Shown here: piece after piece, positions 35,545 to 48,161 of the stretch
Numbering within the stretch: position 1 is the first letter of the stretch
Layout of the letters: every line of letters starts with the position of its first letter
DNA from: Macrostomum lignano
Lineage: Eukaryota
Length of the DNA: 64,000 nucleotides
Direction of reading: 5' to 3'
Assembly: GCA_002269645.1 (NCBI GenBank)
Contig: NIVC01001225.1
Location: forward strand, 1 to 64,000
Notes under the pieces: generated by a model
Databases searched by the model: none
Told to the model about the DNA's origin: nothing
Seen by the model: the letters and a program-made list of their open reading frames with translations, nothing else
Position numbers and translations under genes: made by a program

Positions 35545-38500
35545 AAAAAAGAAAACTTAACATTAAAGTACTACAACAGGAGGCGGGGACCGTGGATATG
35601 TGTACTTTTATTAACACAAGTTGTAGAGAAAGAAAAAGAAGATTGAGTCGCTAGCAATTTGATCTCTAATTGGTTTCCCATGCTTGCTCAGGCTATAATT
35701 ATTATATATTAGTTTGTATAAACAAAACAGGTTTAGTCTGAATCTCTTAGCCATATTAGCCTGTGGTCTAAAATTACTTATTATAAAGGACTGGTTATAT
35801 AGATTTTTGATAGATCTACAATTCTACATAGTAACAAATTCTGTTGACAGAATTAATTTCTATTTAGCATTCAATTTGAATATAATCAAATTGTACTTAT
35901 TTGCGCAAAGACTCGCAGTTAAAGCTTGATTGATTGTGCGCAGTTAAATGTGAATACTAGCTATTATAAAGGCTAGTTTCCTGGAGGGGGGGGTGAGCCT
36001 GGCTAGTGCAGCGGTAGACGTGTTTGTCTGTGCCAATTTAATTAATAATTTATGTATTAGCTCTACAGCTCTTAGCTGCCATGCACTGTGCCCGGCGCTT
36101 GATAACTTTACAGCGTCTGTTGTGGTGATAAATTTCTACTGAGAGGGCGTGTACTCGCTTTTGAGTAAGCCACTCAACAGTGGGGTAGTTTTTTCCTGGC
36201 TTTTTTAGGCGAAGCTCAGTCCCACTCATTGGGTACTTCTAAGTCATCCACTATTAATAATTATAAATGCTATATAAATAAAAGTACTTTTTGGACTGTT
36301 GGACAGAATTAATCCCAAACGGAAACATTATAATTTCCTCAATTGTCAAAACTTTGAGCAGTAAGCATATAAAAAATACGGCCTTAAAAAATGAGGATCT
36401 GAGAGGGATTTTGAGTCCCTACAATTGAGGATCTCAGAAGGATTTCGAGTCCTTACAAATGGGGATGGAAGAGGGATTTCAAGTCCCTACAGATGAATCT
36501 GAGGGGGATTTCGAGTCCCTACCAATTAAGAGCTCAGAGGGATTTTGAGTACCTACAAATGAGGATCTCAGACTTTGGGATTTTGGGTCCCTACAAATGA
36601 GGATCTCAGACTTTGGGATTTTGGGTCCCTACAAATGAGGATCTGACTCATAGGGATTTTGAGACCCTACAAATAAGGATCCCAGACTCATAGGGATTTC
36701 GAGTCCCTACACATGAGGATCCCAGACTCGGTAATTTTGAGTCCTTACAAAAGAGGATCTAAGAGTACTTTTAGACATCAATAGTACCTGGTGTAAAAAA
36801 CGGCTATCCTGATTTGGGTGGAAGAACCCCCTGTTTCTATACTAAGTAACAGTAAAAATTAATATTGCTAAAAGTACACCCTCACCCACCCGCACACAGC
36901 TGCTACTGCTAGTGTCTCAGTCCAACCGGAATTCGCCAATGTTCAGCAAGCCAGTGTACGATACATCCGTTACCGAAGGCGCCAATCTTCAGCTGCTGCA
37001 GGTGTTTGCAACTGATCCGGATCCGGGACCTACTGGCCACCTCCAGTACAGCCTGGTTAGCGCCGCTCAGTCGGCCAGCTTGGATCATTTCAGCCTCGAG
37101 CCGCTCACCGGCCGCCTGGCCGCCATGCCGCCGCCGTCGCCGCCGCTAAATCACGAATCGGCCGGCATCCACGAGCTGCTTGTCCGAGCGGTGGATTCCT
37201 ATTCTACTGATAGGCGATTCAGCCTGGCCAGGGTGATTGTCACTGTGACAAATGAGAATGAGCACTATCCTGTTGTGGTGACTGCCAGGCCGTCACTGCC
37301 CGACCTGCCAGCCGGTGCTAGCATAGCTCAGCGCCAGTACCAGGCTGAGGCGCTTAATAAAATGTCCCGATCGCCTCAGGAGCCGGCGTTGCTAAGTGCC
37401 AGCGTCCTTGCCAACGCTCGGCCGGGCTATCCGCTGTTGCAGGTTTACGCATTCGATTTGGACTCGGGACGGAGTGGTCAGCTGGCGTACTCGGTCATTT
37501 CTGGTGAGTTGATTAAAGATTTAGTATCGGGGTATTCTCTTTAAAAATTGACCTTGAATGTCGTATGCAAAGAGCGCCTGGTTATTTTAACTCCCTCAGG
37601 GGTAAATCGTTCGTAATCGCCCCTTGAATTCTCTTCAGAGAAAAATCCCCCTTTAAATTTCCCTAGGGAAAATCACCCCTTAAATTTCCCTAGGGAAAAT
37701 CACCCCTTAAATTTCCCTAGGAAAAATCGCCCCTTAAATATAAATTCCTCTAGGAAAAAATCGCCCTTTAAATTTCCCCATCCATGAATCGCCCCTTAAA
37801 TTCCCTTAGGAAATAATCGACTTTAAATTTCCCTAGGAAAAAATCGCCCCTTAAATTCCCTTGGGAAATAATCGACTTTAAATTTCCCTAGAAAAAAAAA
37901 TCGCCTGTTAAATTCCCCCATACAAGAATCGCTCCTTAAATTCCCTTAAATAAAAATCGCCTCTCAAATCCCCCCCGGAAGAAATTGTCTTTTAATTTCT
38001 TTCATCGAGGAATCGCCATTTAAATTTTCCCATAGAAACTGATCCATTGTTAACAGGCGCAAGGATAATATGGCTATTAAAAGTACTTATTATATAGGCC
38101 GCTAGGCCATTGCCCATACCGAATTTCTGTCTGTCCGGCTCGCTGATCGCGCAGCGTGCCTACAGATAAATTTATGTAGAAAGCCGCAACTGTATTTGCA
38201 TTCGCTACTAAGCATGCGTATGGATATAGCTGAAGCTGGATTGAAGCGTGCGGCCAACCGCAATAGTCTGTGCTTAACGGGGAGCTCAACTCAATTCAGG
38301 GACAAAAATATTTCTAGGCGAGCGACAGCGGTGGAGCTCCGTCGCTGCAGTCTTGCCTTGCCCCAGCTCATCCGCTTGGTCCCGTGTGCACTCCCCCACT
38401 CCCCTTATTCTCCCAATTCCCTGGAATCTTTCTCTATCTCAACCCCTGCCAGCCGCCGTCAAATCCCAAATCTCCAACCCAGGGGCCGTTCTCTCTGTTC

Positions 38501-41500
38501 TCTCTGTCCCATCTGCTTCTACTCGCCCTCTCTCCTAGAAGCAGTAGCTCTCTTTCTCTCTCGCTCTCTGTTCCTCTGTCTATCCAGAGGGAGAAGCGGG
38601 CAAAAAGCGCACAGGCTCAGCGCGCGTAGTGTGTGTAGCTAGTCGCTATACTCCAGCCTCCGATCTCGCAGGCAGCCAGCTAGTCTGAATTAGTTAGTTC
38701 CAGATCTTCTACTAAGGCTCTTCTACTTTAGCTTTTTAGATCTGGGTCTGGGAAGAATTGAAGCCGCATTGATTGGTTAGCTATATGAGAAAATGATATT
38801 GTAATAATATGGGATAAGAATCCAGACGGGACAAATGTGTTTTATCTTAGGAAAATGCGTTATTAAAGATTACTGATGCATCATACAGGCTCTATGAGCC
38901 GATGTAGGAATCTTGGAACTCCCGTAATAGTTTTTTCTTCATTCTTGGCATCCTGGACCAACCTGAAAATTCGGGATAATAAGAGGGCAGAGAAGCTCAG
39001 TGGTGAACGCGTCTGGCTCTCGCGCCGCGACCCCTGGTTCGATTTCGTGCGCAGTCACATTCCTTTTTGGGCCTCGTGCGCACTAAAATTGGCGCCGTGG
39101 GGGGGGAGTTCATAGAGCTTCTCTCCTCTCTCTTCTCTTTTCTTTCATCTACTCTCTCCTCTCATCTCATCTCAAATTTCTTCTTTCTTTCCCCCATTCC
39201 ATCTTTTTTCCACTCTCATCTGGCCTGCAGCAATGATCAAGATTCCCTATCTGGCCCTTAAAGTAAAAAGTTTACCAACCCGTGATTCATAAAGTGTCTG
39301 TAGTTAGTCGCTATTTATAGGAGAATAGTGAGAATCTGGCAGCGATTAAGATTGAACTGTTTAATAATAATACTAATAAAAGAGACACAAATGGAAACAG
39401 CAAGACAACAATAAGGCAGACAGGTAAATCAGACAGGAGCTGGTTTGCTGTTTTGACTGATCTGCGTTCTGCACTGTCTGTAAGCTCTATAGCTGTAGGT
39501 AAACTGTGAGATTGATCTCTGAGGCACTTGAGAAGTCTGAAGATTGTTATTATTTATCTACTTTGTTTATACGACATTTAATAATTATGGTTATATTTAG
39601 TCTATTAGCTGCATAGCAAGACTTATTTCTACGAGCGTAGTAGTAGGTAAAATTTTTAGTAGCTAAAACTTCAACTAGAATGCATTCAATATCTGGTGGC
39701 TTCGGTTACAGCAGTTGACTGACTGGTTCAAATGAACTTAACTGGTTTGATGTATACAAAGAATATGTTGATTTTCTCTAAGTGTTATTTTTCAGCTCCT
39801 GTGTCGGCTTCTCTGTGTGCTTTTCTCTATACACAAACATACAGTATGTATAAACATATTGTGCTATCCTATTTCTGCCGTTCCCACAGTCTCCATTATT
39901 TGTCACTTTTTGCCAGTTCTGGTTGACTTTGACTCTGCCTTATTGTAATAATAATCTTTCGTTACTTTCATATTATATATAATATCAAAAGAAACCATTG
40001 CCTGAGAATGAAAAAGAAACAGCGGACGATTGGGAAGTTAATTAAATCTAGCTATCTGTCTATCTATCTGTTTCTCTGTTGCTTCTGTGTGCCACTGTTT
40101 TAATGCAGAGGCCGCCTTCTGTCTCGCCCGGAATCTGCTTTCTTCTGGGATTGGAGAAAAAATTGCTTAGAACTGTCTTAATCCACTTTAGTTTTGTGTT
40201 TGTATGCATAGATATACTTTCCCATTTGGTCTTTCTGTTACTCCCTACTTTGGACTGTCCAGCTGTTCGCTACAGGGTTAATTATATTTATGATTCACTT
40301 TATGGTCACCTTCTGTCTGCGAGTGATTCTTCTGTGTCCGTTTTTCTTTGCATGTTCTTTTGTATGTGAGTATCGGTCTGTTTTTTGTCTGTTCTATTTG
40401 TGTCTTTCTGTTCTATCTGTGTCTGTTCTATTTGTGTCTTTCTGTTCTATCTGTGTCTGTTCTATTTGTGTCTTTCTGTTCTATCTGTGTCTGTTCTATC
40501 TGTGTCTGTTCTATCTGTGTCTGTTCTATTTGTGTCTTTCTGTTCTATCTGGGTGTCTGTCTGTTCTATCTGTGTCTGCTCTGTCTAGGTGTCTGTCTGT
40601 TCTATCTATGTGTCTGTCTGTTCTATCTGTGTCTGTCCTGTCTATGTGTCTGTCTGTTCTATCTGTGTCTGGTCTGTCTAGGTGTCTGTCTGTTCTATCT
40701 ATGTGTCTGTCTGTTCTATCTGTGTCTGTTCTGTCTATGTGTCTGTCTGTTCTATCTGTGTCTGTTCTGTCTATGTGTCTGTCTGTTCTATTTGTGTCTG
40801 TTCTGTCTAGGTGTCTGTCTGTTCTATCTGTGTCTGTTCTGTCTAGGTGTCTGTCTGTTCTATCTATGTGTCTGTCTGTTCTATCTGTGTCTGTTCTGTC
40901 TAGGTGTCTGTCTTTTCTATCTGTGTCTGTTCTGTCTAGGTGTCTGTCTGTTCTATCTATGTGTCTGTCTGTTCTATCTGTGTCTGTTCTGTCTATGTGT
41001 CTGTCTGTTCTATCTGTGTCTGTTCTGTCTAGGTGTCTGTCTTTTCTATCTGTGTCTGTTCTGTCTAGGTGTCTGTCTGTTCTATCTGTGTCTGTTCTGT
41101 CTATGTGTCTGTCTGTTCTATATGTGTCTGTTCTGTCTAGGTGTCTGTCTGTTCTATCTGTGTCTGTTCTGTCTAGGTGTCTGTCTGTTCTATCTGTGTC
41201 TGTTCTGTCTAGGTGTCTGTCTGTTCTATCTATGTGTCTGTCTGTTCTATCTGTGTCTGTTCTGTCTATGTGTCTGTCTGTTCTATCTGTGTCTGGTCTG
41301 TCTAGGTGTCTGTCTTTTCTATCTGTGTCTGTTCTGTCTAGGTGTCTGTCTGTTCTATCTGTGTCTGTTCTGTCTAGGTGTCTGTCTGTTCTATCTGTGT
41401 CTGTTCTGTCTAGGTGTCTGTCTGTTCTATCTATGTGTCTGTCTGTTCTATCTGTGTCTGTTCTGTCTATGTGTCTGTCTGTTCTATCTGTGTCTGTTCT

Positions 41501-44500
41501 GTCTAGGTGTCTGTCTTTTCTATCTGTGTCTGTTCTGTCTAGGTGTCTGTCTGTTCTATCTATGTGTCTGTCTGTTCTATCTGTGTCTGTTCTGTCTATG
41601 TGTCTGTCTGTTCTATCTGTGTCTGTTCTGTCTAGGTGTCTGTCTTTTCTATCTGTGTCTGTTCTGTCTAGGTGTCTGTCTGTTCTATCTGTGTCTGTTC
41701 TTTCTATGTGTCTGTCTGTTCTATCTGTGTCTGTTCTATCTGTGTCTGTTCTGTCTAGGTGTCTGTCTTTTCTATCTGTGTCTGTTCTGTCTAGGTGTCT
41801 GTCTGTTCTATCTGTGTCTGTTCTTTCTATGTGTCTGTCTGTTCTATCTGTGTCTGTTCTATCTATGTGTCTGTCTGTTCTATCTGTGTCTGTTCTTTCT
41901 ATGTGTCTGTCTGTTCTATCTGTGTCTGTTCTTTCTATGTGTCTGTCTGTTCTATCTGTGTCTGTTCTTTCTATGTGTCTGTCTGTTCTATCTGTGTCTG
42001 TTCTTTCTATGTGTCTGTCTGTTCTATCTGTGTCTGTTCTGTCTATGTGTCTGTCTGTTCTATCTGTGTCTGTTCTGTCTAGGTGTCTGTCTGTTCTATC
42101 TGTGTCTGTTCTGTCTCGGTGTCTGTCTGTTCTATCTGTGTCTGTCTGTTCTATCTGCTTGTCTGTCTGTTCTATCTGCGTGTCTGTCTGTTCTATCTGT
42201 GTCTGTCTGTTCTATCTGCTTGTCTGTCTGTTCTATCTGCGTGTCTGTCTGTTCTATCTGCGTGTCTGTCTGTTCTATCTGTGTCTGTCTGTTCTATCTG
42301 CTTGTCTGTCTGTTCTATCTGCGTGTCTGTCTGTTCTATCTGTGTCTGTCTGTTCTATCTGCTTGTCTGTCTGTTCTATCTGCGTGTCTGTCTGTTCTAT
42401 CTGCGTGTCTGTCTGTTCTATCTGCTTGTCTGTCTGTTCTATCTGCTTGTCTGTCTGTTCTATCTGCGTGTCTGTCTGTTCTATCTGTGTCTGTCTGTTC
42501 TATCTGCTTGTCTGTCTGTTCTATCTGCGTGTCTGTCTGTTCTATCTGTGTCTGTCTGTTCTATCTGCTTGTTTGTTTTTTCTATCTGCGTGTCCATCAG
42601 AGTGTATTTTTGTTCTATTCAGGTGTCTGTCCGTTTTATCATGGTGTCTCTGTTTTGCCAGGTTGTCTGCCTGTTGCTCTTTGAATTTTGAGGATGCAAA
42701 GAGTCTGGCCTCCATTTTATTAGTTTCCTTTTGTGTTTCCAGCTTTCTAATTTTATATTCTTAATTTTCAAGTGTTTTAGAATTCGTATGCGTGTGCAGG
42801 CGGGTGGGGCTAGCAGATGTGAAGCTCAGATTATAAATGCTTTTCCCGTTGGGTGCACTTCATCTTGGGTTTAATCTTTTGCCCTTCTCAATTCTGTTTC
42901 TCTGTCTGCCAAATTTCCCTACTGACCTCCAGCTTTAAGAGTGCTCAATTCCCTGCTGGACCATTATGGACCGGAGGAAGTGGGCTGAGCTGAGAGAGAG
43001 AGAGAGAGAGAGAGAAATTGGGCGGAGAATTTATGACCCGAGATTGAGGCAGAGAGATGCTTCGCTCCTACCCTCCGCTCCTTTTCCTTATGCCCCACAC
43101 GGGGCCAATAATAAAGTGCAAAAACAGACGGTAATAATACAGTCTACACTAGGGGCCGGCAAACTTTTTTACCTCAAGGGCCAGATAGAGAGTCTAGAGC
43201 ATAACTGCGGGACGGAGGAGGGGATATAGAGAGAATAAGATAGGAGATAGGAGGAGAGGAGAAGGATGAGAGAAGAGAGATTAGTTAAGATTAGAGAGAA
43301 GAGCGCTGAGAAGAGATTTTTTGCTGGCCGGAGTCTGCCGTCCCCTGGTCGACATGTCGACATGCTATGCTCCGATTATTAAAACGAGTCGCGTCTTGAG
43401 TATTGAGGTTCATATTAAGCTCACCAAAGTTTTATATATATGGTACCGTACTAAGCAGCGGTCGTGGGTTCTGTTACTTCAAAGCAGAATTCCCTGGGGA
43501 CAGAGCGGGTTTTGTGTTGGGTTGGGCTAGTACGACTTCCATCCTCTTTTGATGCGTTCCCTCCTACACAGTGTGCGTGATTATTGTTGTGTTGCGTGCG
43601 TTGATAAGTTTGTCTTCGTGGATAAATCGGAAATCAACAAAAATTGCTCAAACTGAAATTGCTCTGCTCCGTTCGGGTCAGCCCAATTGGGGATTGGCTA
43701 TCCATACCGTAGCTTCTGTGCCGCACCCTCTGATGGGAGAGTATATCTTTGCAACTTCTGAATCCCCTAAGTGCCCCTGCACCGAACTTACCCCCTCTCT
43801 CCACACCCCTGTCTAATTACTGGCAATTCGGACTTTTTTGTTGCTGGTTCGCAATTTCGAATCCTCTTTGTGAAAGATTTGAAATTTTTTCTCTCTAAAA
43901 TAAAAAGCGGTGATGTCTGTTTCTTATCGAGAAAAAGAGAGTGTTCGTGTGGTAGAGGTGTTGCGCTACTGGCTACGGGCCAGAAATATTTGCACGACGA
44001 GAAATGTTCAACTGTATGTCAGGCACTGCTGGGTTGTTTAACTTCTTTTTTATTTTAATAGCGCCTTCCTTGACGCTTCAAGTAAAGAATGTTTCAGCTC
44101 CGCCCTCGCCGCAGAGGCTACGGCAGGGGGATAAAGGGTAAGATGAGGGATTCTGAGGACACAAACATTTGTTCGGCTGGGCGGGGCGAGCTTGTCTTAT
44201 CGTTAAAGGAATAGCGGTGGAGCGGAGCAGTGCAGTATCTAAGGGGTTTTGGGGGATTTTTCTCCCAGAATTTATGCGGCCCGTAGCGGCGATGATTGCT
44301 TTTGCGACCTAGAAGAAAATTAGAAATCTATTTGCGCTCTCAAAGTCTCCTCCCTCTCTCTCTTCCCTCTTGTGCCAATCAAGTCGGCCGCTTTGGTCTC
44401 TCTGTGTGTCCTCAGTGTGTTTAGGCATTCAGAACTTGTCTACATATAACACAACGTTTTGTTATTTCCTGAGATTTTCAATTTCTGTCTGTCTCTCTCT

Positions 44501-47500
44501 TGCTTAGCTCTTGACTTCTTTCCTTTCCTTTCCTTCCCCGCTCTTTTTTTTCTCTCTTCTGTTCTCCCCAAGGTTCAATGTATCTCTACCCATAGTTATT
44601 TTTGCGCCTACCGACAAATTTAATGATAAAAATAGTTATTGATTAATATTTATAAGACATGCGATCAGAGAGTCTTGCCGACAAAAGTAGTCTTAAAAAA
44701 TAGCGAATATATATGCTTACAGCGATTAACCATACAAAATGGGAGGTTTCAGGTGCCTACTTGACTAAAGTCAAACTGCTTTACAATAGAACGGACATGT
44801 CAAATCCAGTAGGCGCTTTTAAAGTAAAGGTGCTCACGAAAGCTCTCTACAAGAGGGCCGCACTGTCAGCTGTTTGCTGGGAATCTTCCCCAGTAGGAAG
44901 GAAGTCGCTTGGCCTCTCTCTTCCCTCTTTACTTGCCGTATATACAGTAACCGGCTGCATGCTTGATTCACTTTCCGCATCAAGGATTTATAATTTCTGA
45001 ATGAGTAGTCGGCGCTGCAGTCGTCAATCTTTTGACGTTTTGTGGAAAAAATAATAGAGAGGAGTTTGAGTAGCGACGGGATAATCCAGGTAGGGTGAAA
45101 GGGGGCTTTAGCAAGTGTTTCCGAGTCAATAATATTTGATTGAAGCGCTGGCTGTCTCACCTAAACAGGTCTGGCGGCGTCACCCTCACCCTCACCCTCA
45201 ATGTCTTAAGTTTTTTGTAACCTTAGTTGAGTGGCGTGTGTTTGTTTTTTTGCGAACAGAAATACTTCACTTGGCTAAACTATATAGTGCAGGAAACTCG
45301 GGTTTTACTTGGCTTCCTTGGCGCTTAGGAATTGTTTTGATGAAAAGTTATTTACGATACATATCGGCAAGTCAACGAGTATCCTATCATAATCTCCAAT
45401 ACCTACCCAATGCTGTGAATTAGGGGTAGGAGCAATACAGAAGTAAAAAAACGGGTGAATGGTGGAGGTCGATGACTCGAGGCGGCATTTTTTATAGAGC
45501 GAGTGTTTAGCTGGCGGTCTGGACCGGGGTTAACCTCAGATTACGTAATAATGGATGGCTAATATACGCGTCTGCAGGGCATGTTTTCCCGCTGAGTGGA
45601 TACTGATGCCTCTGTCTGTCTCTCGCCCTGTCTCTCTTCATATCATTTTTAGCACGCTTTGCGCAGCAGCTCCAGAATATGGCTGCTGTCAATCTCATTT
45701 CACATATTCAGTATTCAGCAGAGTTTGGCAGAGACTATATCATCTCCATGCCTATAGTAGTTTAGGCGCTGAGTTGAGCCGAAAATCATTTAATCAATGC
45801 GGGGTACAGATATATGGCAGATGCGTTCGCTCTTCATCTGATTGATACCTATAGTTTCGAGAGGTTGGGGTTTCGTGGGTTGGGGGGGGCAGAGTAGTGG
45901 TTACTCGTGTATGCGCGATCACATCACATGTGCATTGTACAGTGCCTACATACGAGCGTATCCTTTGTGTCCTCTGTGTCCAGTTGTAAATAATAGGTTT
46001 CAATTTTGCGTTTTCACACCTGGAGCTGGTGGCTAGACTCCCATTCAGCGCATGCAGTGACCTTGAAGAGACCAGACTGTATTGCATTGCCCCTTGTTCG
46101 CAATTTATAAACCCCCACCCCCCCAGCAAAAAAGCATCCTCAGTGGTCGCTTTTTAACCCTTTTCTCACTACTGCTAACACTACTAGCTATTCAATTAAT
46201 CTGGCCGCCATCTCGATCCATTTGCGCAAAAACCCGTCGCGCAAGGGTAGCACGCGATGAAGCCAATAAAACTGGATGAGGGGGGGGGGAGGCTGGGGCC
46301 GGGCGAGAGGCAGATGGAGTCAGAGAAAGTGGATTGCGGGAAGGGTAGTTTGATTTTTTTCAAGGTGAAAATTCTCAACTACCTTGTCGCCCTGGCTGCA
46401 TGCCCCCATAGTACGTAGAAAAATAGCTTCTTATCTCTCTTTTCTAGTCTAGCTTCCTAAAAGCCTGGATCTAATTCCTAGTTTTTCCTTTGCGCAGCTT
46501 CCACTAATGCCTGCATAAAAATGTGTGTGTCATTTCCAACCTTTCTGCTGGTTTGGCTACATTATTACGTAACAGTCATTTTGCTGCGGCACCTGATGAA
46601 GCAAAAGAGTTAAAAAATGCACTACGCCTCTGCCTCTATGCGAGACCCTAGTTCTGCTTTTTTCATCCACTTAATAATGAGAGGAGAGATCCCGGATGGA
46701 ATGTGCCGTTTTCTGGCAATGAAGAAACTGCATTTCCCGGCATTCACTGCTGCATCTAAGCTAATATTGACTGCTAGCTATATTTCTACACAATTGCATT
46801 GGGTAGTTGCTTCGATAATTATGGGTAAATAAATTGACTAGCCAGTTGATTGACGCGATTAATTGCTGCCTAATTTCATAATAAGCGGCAAAAGAACACA
46901 GAGTTGAAATCTCGGGTCAAATTCAATATCGAACATTTATGAGCATATCCGGCCTCGTGACCTCAGTTAATCCTCTTATTAAACGTTCTCATCTATCTCT
47001 CTCTCTCTTTAGCTTGTTTAATTCTGCATTCTGCACACCATGGCTGTATTGTATGCAGTTGGGTTGGAAGGGAGGAAGGCTTGAAATAAATCCCTCCCTA
47101 ATCAATCAGCGGTTTTGCTCGTCGATAAAGTGCGCGCACAACAGATAGACGCCGCAGATGCCTGGAATTCCCACTGTGTTTTTTCTTTCTTCGTTCCAAA
47201 ATAGCTGACTGAATACTGCCGCTGCTGCCGCTGCCGCCTCAGGCAGCTTTTTAATTGATTCTGTTTTGCTGCTCCAAAGACGGGCCACGCACACCATAAT
47301 ACTCATGCACACAACACAGCGGCTTTCCTCGGGCATCTGAGATTATCTTTGTTTTTAACCCTTCTCCTGTTCCCCTCAGAGACTTATTACTAATCCTTCC
47401 CCGCTGGTGGAATGTTATCCCCTATCTATTCTGAATGTTTCTGAGCGCTGCTTTCTTTCTGTCGTTTTTCCCTGCTCTCTTTTAAGCAGATCTTGCTTGT

Positions 47501-48104
47501 ACTGTTCCAATTTGACAAATCTAGGATGGCATTGCTTAATCGCTAATTAAGAAAGTCGATCCTTGAGTTGGAGCCTGTCTCTAGCGCCTGAGCTGTCGCA
47601 CTCTTCTTGTACTAATCTGACAAGACACCGAGGCGCTTATCTGTCACTCGTAGCGATACTTCTTCTAGTTTAAAGAATCTAAATATCAAAGTTTCCCTAT
47701 TCTAAATTATTAAACTCCCCCGGCTTAGAGCCAAGTTGAAAATTTCCAATTATCGAAGTCGTCGTCTCTGGGGGGGGATTCCTGGTGGGTTGGGGATTGA
47801 AATCGCGGAATAGAAAAAAAAGGGTTTTGAGGGGAAGAATTCGCGCAGCTGAGAAACCGGCCGACTGGGGGTGGGAGGGGCGCTTCGGCCAGCTGAAGCG
47901 ATAAAAATCCTGATGACGTAACACAGCGCAATTCTGCTTTTTAAAAGGATTGTGGGTAGCGGAGATGGCAACGGGGCTGATTCCTGTGTCTCCCTTGGGG
48001 AATTGTAAATATTGGAAAGTGGAAAATGCTTCGCTTTCGGCGCTTGAAATGAAAGGAATCGCTTTGCTGATAATTTAACCGGTTAATTTGATTGCGGTTG
48101 CAGC

Positions 48105-48161
<57 letters not shown>

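Noticed and set aside
40290-42764. 824-aa and 778-aa Cys/Leu/Ser/Val-rich ORFs
   Set aside because: Translations of an A-poor tandem array inside a Fat intron, with no domain content or coding-type codon variation.
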